This document shows, piece after piece, positions 36,866 to 47,300 of a stretch of DNA of 64,000 nucleotides. How positions within the stretch are numbered: position 1 is the stretch's first letter; each line of letters starts with the position of its first letter. The position numbers were made by a program, and so were the translations under genes. The DNA lies in the IMG/VR virus record IMGVR_UViG_3300033074_001347, positions 1 to 64,000 of that record. One strand, written 5' to 3'. Origin of the DNA: a virus (lineage: Duplodnaviria; Caudoviricetes). The notes below the pieces were generated by a model, which saw nothing but the letters and a program-made list of their open reading frames with translations, was not told the DNA's origin and made no database searches.

Positions 36866-37354
36866 CTATATTTTTATCCACCTACCCGCAACACACTTAC
36901 CATCGGTTTTACCAAAGTTATCTACAATACACTTGGCATTACTATTAAGGTCTTTGGTAACTTTATTAGGGTTAGCTTTTTGTTGAGCTGATAGCTTTTT
37001 ACAGTCGGGAGTAGAAGCCGCGATGGCTTCTACTTGCTTTAATCTCTTGGCATCTCTAGCCGCTAGGTCTTTTATTTGCTGTATATTTTTCTTATAAGTT
37101 GACTCATTTAGGGCGATTTGGGTATTCAATTTTTCTATGGTCTTTAGGTTTAAATCAATCTGTGTTTCTAATGACGCGGATTTGTCATGGTAGTACTTTG
37201 TAGAATAAAGTAAGCCCATGACAATAATTATGTTTATAGTTAATATAATCTCACGAGGATTCTCCCGTATCAAATCTAGTAAGCCGGTAGCCCAAGTTAA
37301 CAATAAGTTCACCATGGATTTAATAAAGTTAATTATAACTAATAGTGTGTTCAT
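36866..37354 (-). CDS. inner-membrane spanin (i-spanin candidate)
   Basis: N-terminal TM, periplasmic coiled coil, C-terminal Cys residues; upstream of the lipoprotein. Confidence 0.7.
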   Translation of the reverse strand: MNTLLVIINFIKSMVNLLLTWATGLLDLIRENPREIILTINIIIVMGLLYSTKYYHDKSASLETQIDLNLKTIEKLNTQIALNESTYKKNIQQIKDLAARDAKRLKQVEAIAASTPDCKKLSAQQKANPNKVTKDLNSNAKCIVDNFGKTDGKCVAGRWIKI

Positions 37355-37602
37355 TCAATGCCCCACCTATATTTAGTTTGTCTTAGTACTTTAATGACCT
37401 TTTTACCATTATCCCAAAAAGTAATAGAATTATTATCTAGTACTAAGGAATAACAGTGGTATTCATTATACACCGTAAATTCTCTCTCACCGTTATTGTG
37501 TAGACATGATTCTATTTCAAGCATAGTCTCACTCAAATCACCAAATTCTAACTTGGAACCTAGCCCGGTCAATACCGCACCAAACATAGAGTATAAGTTC
37601 AT
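37351..37602 (-). CDS. hypothetical protein (83 aa)
   Basis: ORF tiling the operon. Confidence 0.55.
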   Translation of the reverse strand: MNLYSMFGAVLTGLGSKLEFGDLSETMLEIESCLHNNGEREFTVYNEYHCYSLVLDNNSITFWDNGKKVIKVLRQTKYRWGIE

Positions 37603-37611
37603 AACAAGTCC

Positions 37612-37896
37612 TTAATTAACAGATACATTAGGTGACCCCTGTGCCACGGTATCCCCGCAGGAAATAGGGTCCCCTATTCTACCAACGGCCAACCCGTTTG
37701 CTGTTACATTTGGGCTACCGCCGCTTAGCGAACCTCCATGACAACTAGGGCCACAACAATGTGTTGCATAGCTATCACCTACTCTTACCACGCCGATACC
37801 ATTAACCTTTACGTCGGAAGACGCACTAGTAGAAGGTCTTGCAGGAAAGCACCCGTGGCCGCTTGATAAATCACCTAACCTCGTTATAGCAGGCAT
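37612..37896 (-). CDS. PAAR-repeat spike-tip protein (T4 gp5.4-like)
   Basis: MPAITRLGD..GHGCFP, VRVGD..THCC, GRIGDPISCG..GSPNV; TAATG coupling. Confidence 0.92.
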   Translation of the reverse strand: MPAITRLGDLSSGHGCFPARPSTSASSDVKVNGIGVVRVGDSYATHCCGPSCHGGSLSGGSPNVTANGLAVGRIGDPISCGDTVAQGSPNVSVN

Positions 37897-38447
37897 TAGA
37901 CCAAACCCCAATGACCTTCCCTATAAAGGAACTTAGCTATTAGTTGATCGTCTATATGAAATTCTACAGAATTTTTACCTGATATGGTAAGAGAGTAATC
38001 TTCATCATTCTCCTGATATTTAATCGTGTAGTATGTAATCCCCCCATGCTCTATTGTAGAAACCTTTACCTTGTCTGTATCTACCGCTATGTCTAGTGAT
38101 TCTACTATTTTATCTGTGTGATGGTTAATATCGCTGGCTGTAAAGGACTTGCATGTCACTATCTCTAGTATCTTTATTATTTCGGCATATACATCAATAG
38201 GCTTACCGTTTTTTCTTAATGGCGGGTTTAACCAAATTTGTGAACCTGCCTGAGTTTTTAGCACAATGTCATTCTTGGTAAAGATATTGATATCCTTAGC
38301 AATAATATTAAGGGAACTGTTTATCCCATCAATATAAATGTTACCCTTATCATCTTTATAGAATGCAACGCTATTTAGCAAGTCTTGGAGGGAGATAGGT
38401 TCTATCTCCCTCTTATCCCCATTGGGTAAAGTTAGTTCCATAGGCAT
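37896..38447 (-). CDS. hypothetical (possibly baseplate-associated) protein
   Basis: AAGGA RBS; coupled to PAAR. Confidence 0.65.
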   Translation of the reverse strand: MPMELTLPNGDKREIEPISLQDLLNSVAFYKDDKGNIYIDGINSSLNIIAKDINIFTKNDIVLKTQAGSQIWLNPPLRKNGKPIDVYAEIIKILEIVTCKSFTASDINHHTDKIVESLDIAVDTDKVKVSTIEHGGITYYTIKYQENDEDYSLTISGKNSVEFHIDDQLIAKFLYREGHWGLV

Positions 38448-38481
38448 AATGTTTTTCCTTATTTAATAACTAAACTTTACG

Positions 38482-38823
38482 CTATTTTCGTATTACCCGT
38501 GATACTAGGCTAGTTTTATTTGTATCCTCCGATTCGCTATTACCCTCTGACTGTATAGTGGTAGCCACAGGACTAGAATATATAGTGGCTAAACCCATAT
38601 AAGCCCCTACTAAACTAAATAAACTTATTATAACGGTAGTAGTTATTGACTCAAATGTACCTACCTTAGATAGTATATCAGTACCAAAAATAACGTCTAC
38701 TATAGCCAGTACAAATAAAACTATAAGTATCCCTACAGCCATTCGTAGAGAAAACATGGCTATGAACCTACGGTATTTCCACCGGGCGTTATCCAACGCC
38801 ACGTCCTCGTTTTGAGTGCTCAT
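38482..38823 (-). CDS. two-TM membrane protein; holin candidate
   Basis: two hydrophobic helices; close to the spanin/endolysin cluster. Confidence 0.5.
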   Translation of the reverse strand: MSTQNEDVALDNARWKYRRFIAMFSLRMAVGILIVLFVLAIVDVIFGTDILSKVGTFESITTTVIISLFSLVGAYMGLATIYSSPVATTIQSEGNSESEDTNKTSLVSRVIRK

Positions 38824-38832
38824 TTCAATATC

Positions 38833-41800
38833 CTATGTATTTAATTCATAACTGAAAGTCAAATCTGCCCCCGGATTAACATCCGCCGTTATAGTGTAGT
38901 TTCTTGTTGAGCTATTATAGGATGAATATACCTGTTTAGCAGCACCATAACTAGTTGTTGGTATTAATCTTAGGTTCATCGGTGTTGGGTCTGATTGGTT
39001 ATATCCCCTAGTCCATCCCATACCTGCAATAGTAGCTCCTGTTGGTGAAGTATAGTGGTTAGGTATGTTTATAGTCACAGAAGTACTACCATTAGGTATA
39101 GTTATCGTGCCTCTTATTCTATCGCTATTACTTCCTTCGTTGTCCCTATAAGTACTAGTGGTTTTGCTAAAGGAGAAGCTGGTTTTAGTCATAGATGACC
39201 CATATTCTCTATTTGAGAAGAAGTAATTATTGCCTGATGTACCAGACCCTTCTGTAATAAATGACGTAGCACTATTATTACAAGCAGTATTATTATCAAC
39301 GTATATGTATTGTCCATTTTGTAAAAATACTATAGGCGAACCTATGAATCCCGTAAAATGATTAGACGTTATTTTATGATTAACAGGCACTTGTGATGTT
39401 GAACTATTTGTCTTTAATAGGATGGCATTAAGTGCACAAATAAGTCTACCGTCTGATCCATTATAAGATCCTATGAACTCGTTACCCTTAATTATGTGAC
39501 TATCCCCACCAACGACAGATATCATTTCACCTGCTTGCTTTCTAACATAAGCACTGGCCGATAACCCTGATTCATTATATGACGCACTAGCATATTTTTG
39601 AGCAACTGTATAACTTATTATCTTGTTAGTGTTGTCTATAGCGGTTACTAGAAATGTGCCATTGTTTGAGGCGTTAGCCGCACCTGAAATAGTTATAGTG
39701 GTATATGTGGTGCCTAATGATGATAAGTCTGGGCTACCAGAGAAGGTTGCCCTCATAGTGACACCAGAAGCATAACTTATGTCGGCAACAGTTAAGCCTG
39801 TAACATTAGAGACAGATGTTTGTGCTGCCGGATTACTAATTTTATTATTTTCTATAGACACATTTTTACTACCATTTATTATTATGGCATTTCTTACTGT
39901 GCGACCGATCATGCAATCTGATAATCTACATCTAGCAACATAATCAAACCTAACGCTTGTGCTCTCAAGGAATGCCACACCCCCAGCATCATTATTCATA
40001 GTGCAGCCTACTATATTTACATCACTCACATTTTCTTCATATCCAGATACAGACGTAACACGAACAAGAGTTCCTTTACCTATATTCGTATGCGTACCAA
40101 AGTGACATCCCACAGCATTTACGTTCCTTATTTTAGAACCTAGCGATGCACTACTACTAATAATAAGTACTTTGAAAGAGCTATTGTTAGTTGAATTTAG
40201 GCAGCAGTTGGATATTTGTATGCGTTCCATTAAATACGGGCCGCTAGAGTCCTCTTGAGTTAAACTAATTGAATCGTCACCAGAGTTAATATTCATATCT
40301 GAAATATTAATATCCGTGCAGCTTTGAGTCAAGTGCCAGCCGTCCTCCCCTGTATCATTACCGCTAAACATACCCGCACCTGTCACCACTCCATATCTAG
40401 AGTTACGACATTGGCCGGTAAAGCTACCAGCGTCATTACCTTTTGTTTTATACCCGTGAACACTAAATTCTTCGGTATTGGTGATACCAAGGCCCTTACG
40501 GCTTTGAGTGATAGTTCTAGCAGGGAATTCTATATATCCACCATCCCAATAAAAATGTACATTCTTAGTTACATACCCGTTTGCTTTATCAGGATTTATA
40601 GAACAAATACAGAAGTTATATCCGGTATTAATATAGTTGATAAGGCGTGCCTTAACTATTATGGTGCAATTATCGGGGTAATATAGTGGCTCTTGTCCTG
40701 CCACCTTACACCCTGATATTGTCCCTGATTCATCAAGAGTATTATCAGTTCTAGAGGTTGTAACTGTTATTTGTTTTATACCAGTGCTATCATCAAGGTT
40801 TGTTATCTCAAAGATACCATTATTATCGTCTTTGGTTGCGTTGCGTACAGTAAGAAATACCCTACCTGCACTCACTAAAGTAGGGGTAAAGGCTGGCAGA
40901 GTGGGTTCATTTCCTATTTGTGTCCACGATACTGCCCCGTCTGAAACAGTGCCACTTGTATGTGTGGGCGCAGTAGAGCCTGATGTACCGCCTGCCGTTG
41001 TTCTATAGACTCTAGCGCAAGCTCCCGCGTATGTCCACGATACTGCCCCGTCTGAAACAGTGCCACTTGTATGTGTGGGCGCAGTAGAGCCTGATGTACC
41101 GCCTGCTGTCGTGGTGTATAAATAATTACCATTTGTGGTTTGCGCACCCGCAGCATAAACAGTGCCAGTTTGCCACTGTGGAGCTTTTAAACTACTGACA
41201 ATTGCACCCGCAGCATAAACAGTGCCAGTTTGCCATCTGGCACCAGAGAATGTAAATTTTACAGAATTAGTAGACACATACTCCACCTTTAGAGCGTTAA
41301 GACTGCCAACTTCCTGTGTTACCGTAGCAACATCTGTTCCCAATCTAATCCCGTTTCCATCATCCGCATCAATTATGAAAGTAGTGTGCGGACCTGTTGG
41401 GCTTGCCTTTAGAAACATTTTAAATAGTCCTGACAAGCTATTTGTCGCTCCCGTGTGGTCAATACCCTTAAAGTCCCTAGAATGAAACACCGTACCAGAT
41501 GTGGAAAGGTGATCTGATATTTTATGAGAAACAGTGGTTCCCGTGGCTAAAATAACAGAATCACCAGTTATACCTGATACTGATTCTGCTGCGGCCACGG
41601 CAGTTGCTGCACTAGCCGCCGCTGCAATAGCATTTTCTTCTGCGTTCTGTATATCTGTAATATTTGCAGCAACAGTCTGTATCTCACTAGATATACCTGC
41701 CACGGCATTTATATTTTTGGATATAATGGTAGTTAACGAATTAATTGGACCTGTTAAATACTGATTAATGAAATCTGGTAAACTAGATTCTTTCCTATAG

Positions 41801-44304
41801 CCATAAGCCTCTGATTCAGTAGAAAGAACCAGATTACCACCGCTAATACTTATTGCCTTTATATTATTATTAGTTATTAAGCTAGTGTTTGAGGTATTTA
41901 TAGAGCCTACATTTATCAGATTACTAAACACTACCGCCCCAGTATCAGTACCTATGTAGGATATTGCATTTATTTTTTCAAATCCTACACTGTTTATAGT
42001 ATTACTAGTCCCTGGTAATAAACATTTGGTATTATCTTTCCAATATTGCTTTTCTTCATAATACATGCGTCTTATATTTTTTGGTTGTATGCTGTGCCCT
42101 TTAGTAAATCTTACAAGGGCTAATTTAGCATTAGTGGCAGGATATAGATTATCTAGTCCATGCCCTAATCTAACCTTGGAGTTTATGCTTGAATTACTAA
42201 GATTATTTACATTAGATAAACTAATCTTGCTATCAAACTCTCCATTAACATATATTTTTAGCTCTGAGGCTTCCCTTTGTACTACTATAAATGAAGGTTC
42301 AAAACTATCAATTATCGTATTTGATGTGATTGTGTCTTCAGAAGAATAGTTATCTGATGTAAGAACAACCACTATCTTACCAGTAGCATCCAACCTTATT
42401 TTTATGCCTCCATAACCAGAGTAAGATGATGATGAGTATGCACCATATTCTAATATATTTTGTATGACGGAATTATTTCTGTTATTTATCCACAAGCTTA
42501 TAGCCCAGTTATTAGACCCGGCAGCAATATCAGGATTACCTTGCATCTCCACATAATTATTTAATCCAAACCCCTCAATGACCTGCATTTCACTGTTGTT
42601 ATAGTAGGAATATTGATCAAGTACCCCTACCAAGGTCAGATTGTTACCTCTACCCGTTCTATCATCAGTTTTACTATTAGACAGCCAACAAGCAGTAGTA
42701 CCATTAGGCATCCACCCTGTATTATAGTTTTTCGTTATATGAACACTCATTGGTTGACCACCAACATCATCTACAAGTCTACCGAATACATTATTAAATG
42801 CATAGGATAAATACCCCAGGTTGCCTTTTATAGGGTGGTTACCAGATACATCTGTAGGTGATATTATTGTGGAAGTAGACGTACTATATGACCTATCTAC
42901 AGAAAACCCGGTGAGTAGAGGCAGTTGGTCTACTATATTAATAGTAGAGGAACCCTGTAGCGTGTAATAAACAGAGTTTATATCTACGTATACCTTGCTT
43001 GCTGCACTAGTATTTGAAGTAGAGACCGCATTAGTAGAGTTTACTAGTATCGTCAGCCCTCCATCATGAGCTACAGCTACAAGCGGCCTTTTACGACCTG
43101 AAAAAGTCTCTTCATAATTTAGCCAACTACTAGCATTGGCATGTATACCCCTAATCTGTCCATTTGACAAGGCACCACCCGACTCCCTCTGCCATTCTAC
43201 TAATTCTGCGTTTCTCTCTGATATATTTATGTCGGTTATAGCGCTAGATACAGAGTCATTTATCCTTATAGTGTCAGTGAGGAAATCCACAGTTATTAGG
43301 TAGCCCTGCCCACTACTATCCTTAGTAAGGCCTATAAATAGCTGCCCCTCCGACATGTGTACACAGGAAATGGTATATCCGGATTTAATTAGTCCCGTAC
43401 CAGACACATGTTTACCAAATGACATCCACGGTATTATATTGGGTTTGCTAATATCATATATAATAACAGATGTTGTAGTGGCAATTACGGCCACTACAGG
43501 AGGAAATCCTTGGGATATACCTCTAGATATTATACCTTGAAAGGTAGTGCTAAGAGGCTCATTGTACCAGCTGGTCTCAAGGCATGATAGATACCATCTG
43601 CCTGAGTATGTGTCTTCACTTATATTATATACACAGCTATCCACTATATTGGTATTCATTAATATGTTACTGTCAACCTTATTGAGCCATAACTGCTCTG
43701 TAGAACCAATATCTGTTATGTCACGTAAGGACGTATAATACCATGTGTTATTATACCATCTTGCTATAGCCGGTGTTCCCAATTGTGTGTGGTTATTTAC
43801 AATGTATGTCTGCTGTATTGGAGTGGCGAGAGAAGATGGTAGTTCACTTTCATAATTTACAGACGGTAAACCTGCATAAGTAGATACAACCATATTAAAA
43901 TTAGTAAGATTAACTTGGTTATCAAACTTTAATGAGAAAACATACGTTTTTATATTGCCTAGTACACTACCCTGAGTTTTTATCTTAGTGTCTAGTACGG
44001 GTAAGGACATTAACGCAAATAGCGTGTCATCTTCTAGATATAAGCCTATATTACCTATATTAAAATTACCAATAGACTCATTTACTGTTACCGTATACTG
44101 TACAGTAGATGAATTAACTACTTGATAGCTGACCTTGTTACTAGTATTTTTAGAACTGAATACTTCCCCACTAACACTTGTCATAGCAACTGTTGGTGTA
44201 ATGATCTGGGAGCCTATTTTGAAGTATGCTACACCTATTTTTAGGCCAGTAGACCCTGCATTAGCGGCGGCCAATATACCTGCATTTGTAATAACTGTTG
44301 TCAT
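38833..44304 (-). CDS. tail fibre/tailspike 1 (~1823 aa): baseplate-anchor N-domain, LamG-like domain, CBM-like repeats, beta-helix
   Basis: start MTTVITNAG at 44304 with AAGGA RBS; N-terminus paralogous to the three upstream genes; GDDSISL-type beta-helix repeats. Confidence 0.85.
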   Translation of the reverse strand: MTTVITNAGILAAANAGSTGLKIGVAYFKIGSQIITPTVAMTSVSGEVFSSKNTSNKVSYQVVNSSTVQYTVTVNESIGNFNIGNIGLYLEDDTLFALMSLPVLDTKIKTQGSVLGNIKTYVFSLKFDNQVNLTNFNMVVSTYAGLPSVNYESELPSSLATPIQQTYIVNNHTQLGTPAIARWYNNTWYYTSLRDITDIGSTEQLWLNKVDSNILMNTNIVDSCVYNISEDTYSGRWYLSCLETSWYNEPLSTTFQGIISRGISQGFPPVVAVIATTTSVIIYDISKPNIIPWMSFGKHVSGTGLIKSGYTISCVHMSEGQLFIGLTKDSSGQGYLITVDFLTDTIRINDSVSSAITDINISERNAELVEWQRESGGALSNGQIRGIHANASSWLNYEETFSGRKRPLVAVAHDGGLTILVNSTNAVSTSNTSAASKVYVDINSVYYTLQGSSTINIVDQLPLLTGFSVDRSYSTSTSTIISPTDVSGNHPIKGNLGYLSYAFNNVFGRLVDDVGGQPMSVHITKNYNTGWMPNGTTACWLSNSKTDDRTGRGNNLTLVGVLDQYSYYNNSEMQVIEGFGLNNYVEMQGNPDIAAGSNNWAISLWINNRNNSVIQNILEYGAYSSSSYSGYGGIKIRLDATGKIVVVLTSDNYSSEDTITSNTIIDSFEPSFIVVQREASELKIYVNGEFDSKISLSNVNNLSNSSINSKVRLGHGLDNLYPATNAKLALVRFTKGHSIQPKNIRRMYYEEKQYWKDNTKCLLPGTSNTINSVGFEKINAISYIGTDTGAVVFSNLINVGSINTSNTSLITNNNIKAISISGGNLVLSTESEAYGYRKESSLPDFINQYLTGPINSLTTIISKNINAVAGISSEIQTVAANITDIQNAEENAIAAAASAATAVAAAESVSGITGDSVILATGTTVSHKISDHLSTSGTVFHSRDFKGIDHTGATNSLSGLFKMFLKASPTGPHTTFIIDADDGNGIRLGTDVATVTQEVGSLNALKVEYVSTNSVKFTFSGARWQTGTVYAAGAIVSSLKAPQWQTGTVYAAGAQTTNGNYLYTTTAGGTSGSTAPTHTSGTVSDGAVSWTYAGACARVYRTTAGGTSGSTAPTHTSGTVSDGAVSWTQIGNEPTLPAFTPTLVSAGRVFLTVRNATKDDNNGIFEITNLDDSTGIKQITVTTSRTDNTLDESGTISGCKVAGQEPLYYPDNCTIIVKARLINYINTGYNFCICSINPDKANGYVTKNVHFYWDGGYIEFPARTITQSRKGLGITNTEEFSVHGYKTKGNDAGSFTGQCRNSRYGVVTGAGMFSGNDTGEDGWHLTQSCTDINISDMNINSGDDSISLTQEDSSGPYLMERIQISNCCLNSTNNSSFKVLIISSSASLGSKIRNVNAVGCHFGTHTNIGKGTLVRVTSVSGYEENVSDVNIVGCTMNNDAGGVAFLESTSVRFDYVARCRLSDCMIGRTVRNAIIINGSKNVSIENNKISNPAAQTSVSNVTGLTVADISYASGVTMRATFSGSPDLSSLGTTYTTITISGAANASNNGTFLVTAIDNTNKIISYTVAQKYASASYNESGLSASAYVRKQAGEMISVVGGDSHIIKGNEFIGSYNGSDGRLICALNAILLKTNSSTSQVPVNHKITSNHFTGFIGSPIVFLQNGQYIYVDNNTACNNSATSFITEGSGTSGNNYFFSNREYGSSMTKTSFSFSKTTSTYRDNEGSNSDRIRGTITIPNGSTSVTINIPNHYTSPTGATIAGMGWTRGYNQSDPTPMNLRLIPTTSYGAAKQVYSSYNSSTRNYTITADVNPGADLTFSYELNT

Positions 44305-44332
44305 TAAAATATCTTCCTTATGTATTAAATTA

Positions 44333-47300
44333 TTATTGTTTATTTGGGGACACTGCATAGTTAAATGCCATGCCATTAATTCCTAAGTATACCCAAGTGA
44401 CACCACCGTCTGACGCAGACCCACTTGTATGAGTGGGGGCAGTAGAACCTGATGTACCACCTGCTGTCGTGGTGTATAGATAATTGCCGTTTGCCACGAT
44501 AGAATCACCAGAATATACTGTAGTTGCTTGCCATGTATTTATTACTCCCCATCCCGGATCCTTATTAGTATTTATAGTAACTGTAGTACCAGAGATATTA
44601 TGCCACCAACCAATACAGTTAGTAGGTGCTATACCCGCATATGCCCAAGTAACACCACCGTCTGACGCAGACCCACTTGTATGTGTGGGCGCAGTAGAGC
44701 CTGATGTACCGCCTGCTGTAGTGGTGTATAATAAGCACCCATGCGTTATGCGGGCTCCCGCTGCATAAACAGTGCCAGTTTCCCATAGGTTGTTACCACC
44801 CCAGCCAGTAGTTGGCCTGAATTCTATATCCCCGCTTGTTAAGGCTGAACTTGATGCCATTGCATACACAGACGCTGGTAAGTTAATTGTGGATGAAGTT
44901 GACCCTGATGCTACTACTATTGAACCTGATATAAAATCCGAGTTTGATCCTATATTGTGTTCTGTTCTATTAGTTGGTGATATAAACTTGTAGCTATGCT
45001 TGCACGTAGTAATACCGCAGTCTGTGTTATTATGAATATTATTATTTGTATTGTCCGAGGATCCAGAGTCATTTACGAAGTATATTGCATTACAGTCCTC
45101 TGCTGTATTATTGCATACCCTAGAGTTTTTCATAGATGATATATTTATAATACTGTCCTGTAGGCAGCCTGCAAATTTATTACCAGATATTTCTATGAAA
45201 TTAGGCACTACGCCGTCTGTACCTTGCTGTATATTTATAGAATGGGCACCGGGATTGGTGATATAACTATCCTTAATAATTACACCAACAGACCCTTTAA
45301 TGTCTATTGCATGGTTACTATCACCTCTTCTAACTATTGATGCTGTAACAGACATCGTCGTTTCATCCTGCGCTGATGTACGAGATATAGGAGAAACAAC
45401 CCTTATAGTTTTGGCTGTATTATCCGCGCTAGTGATATTAAACCTGCCATTGTTTATACCATTTGCGAACCCACTAGTCACAACATAATCGGTAGAAGCA
45501 TTAATACTTGACAAGTTAGGAGTTCCTGTAAAGGTGAATTCCATAATACCAGCACTTATGTATGCGGCAGAGCTTATGGTTAGTGTGTTCAATACAGAAG
45601 ATTGCCCAGAGTATCCACCAATAGTGGCGTTCGGACCTACATTTATTTTGTTACATGACTGTATGAATATACCTTTATTAGTTGTATTAACTACAGGCAT
45701 ATCCCCTAAGTCTATGTTAGTTGCACCATATATATCTATCCCAGGCTCAGTAGTACTTCCACCCAACATATCTCCGCCAGTAGTACATCTAAATTTTATA
45801 TCACTTATAGTAGATCCGGTACTTACACTATTATTTATAGTTAGTAATTGACCCCCATTAGCCCTACTAATATTATTGTTTGTAAAGGATATATCTTTTA
45901 TAACTGAATTTGTCGCGGAAGAATTAGTTAGCAACTTAATAGTTGGAAAGCCTCCCGTTGACTTCAGTATATTGTTAGATATTAAAATGTTAGATATTGT
46001 ACAACTAGAAAATGCAGAGCTATCTTGAGCTATACATAGTGCACTGTCTCCTGAGGTAATAATGTTTCTATCAATAATAACACTAGATATGTTACCAGAT
46101 AGCCTTACTCCTTCTTCACTATCCCCATTACCAGACCTTATATTCATACCTGTTATAATGCCTCTGCTGGCATTGAATATAATAGTGTTAAAGCTACCTA
46201 TATCATTACCCTCGGTTTGTACTCCCTGCACACTAAAATTCAGAACATTCCCTAAACTTATACCTTTTCTGTTATTCGTTAAAGTTCTAGGCATGTATGT
46301 TATTTTACTGGCACCCTGTAGTATTACATGTATGTTGCTACTTGTAGCACCCCCCGGTGTCTCAGTTTGATTAGGTGTGACTATCAAGGCTCCATGACTC
46401 GGATTAATATTGTGTTTTAATTCCCCCTGTATAATTAGGGTGGTTCCACTATAAATTGTCAGGGCTTGCTCCGTGTCTACACCACCGTTAGAACCTATTA
46501 GGTAACTACCCGAGGGTATAATAACCGTTACAGGTTTGGTTATACCTTTATTTAAGGCAGCCTGAATAGCAGTTCTGCAATCATTTACACCTGTTGGATC
46601 TATACCTTCAAAGTCAAGTACATTAAATGTACTTTGACCATCGGAAAATCTATCTGAAAGAGACCTTGCAAATGTGGTGCCTGTGGCTAAAATAGGGCTG
46701 TTACCTGATATGCTTAAACTAGCGTTTGCTTGAGCAAATGCCAAACTATTTAGTGGCCCGGTTAAGGCCAAGTTGATAAAGTCAGATAGGTTATTTTCCT
46801 GCTTATATGATGATGCTTCACTGGAAGAGGCTATTAATTGTACCCCACCATTTATACTGGCAGATATGTGCATGTCACTGGTTATAGTAGTTCTGGTAGT
46901 ACTATTAATACTGGCAATTCTACTTAACCCTTCATAACATAAGGTGCCCTTGCTGGTAGCTATATATTGCCTATTATCACAGGGATCAAAACTGACCTCA
47001 TTTATAACGGTGTTTGGTTCTAATAGGTATTTAGTATATGGATAGAATAGTATTTTTTCGTCATTGTACATTTTTCTTATATTGTCTAATGTTATATACG
47101 CACCCTTTACTACCCTGACCAACGCCATACTCATATCTGTGGCAGGGTTAAGGCCATCCTGCTGTACGCCTAGTCTTATAATAGAATTATTATTTGTAAG
47201 AGAGCCTGTAGCGGTAGTAATGGTAGCACTGGCAGATAATTCACCATTAATATATATCATCATTTTTGACCCCTCTCTTTGCACGACAAGGGCCACCAAC

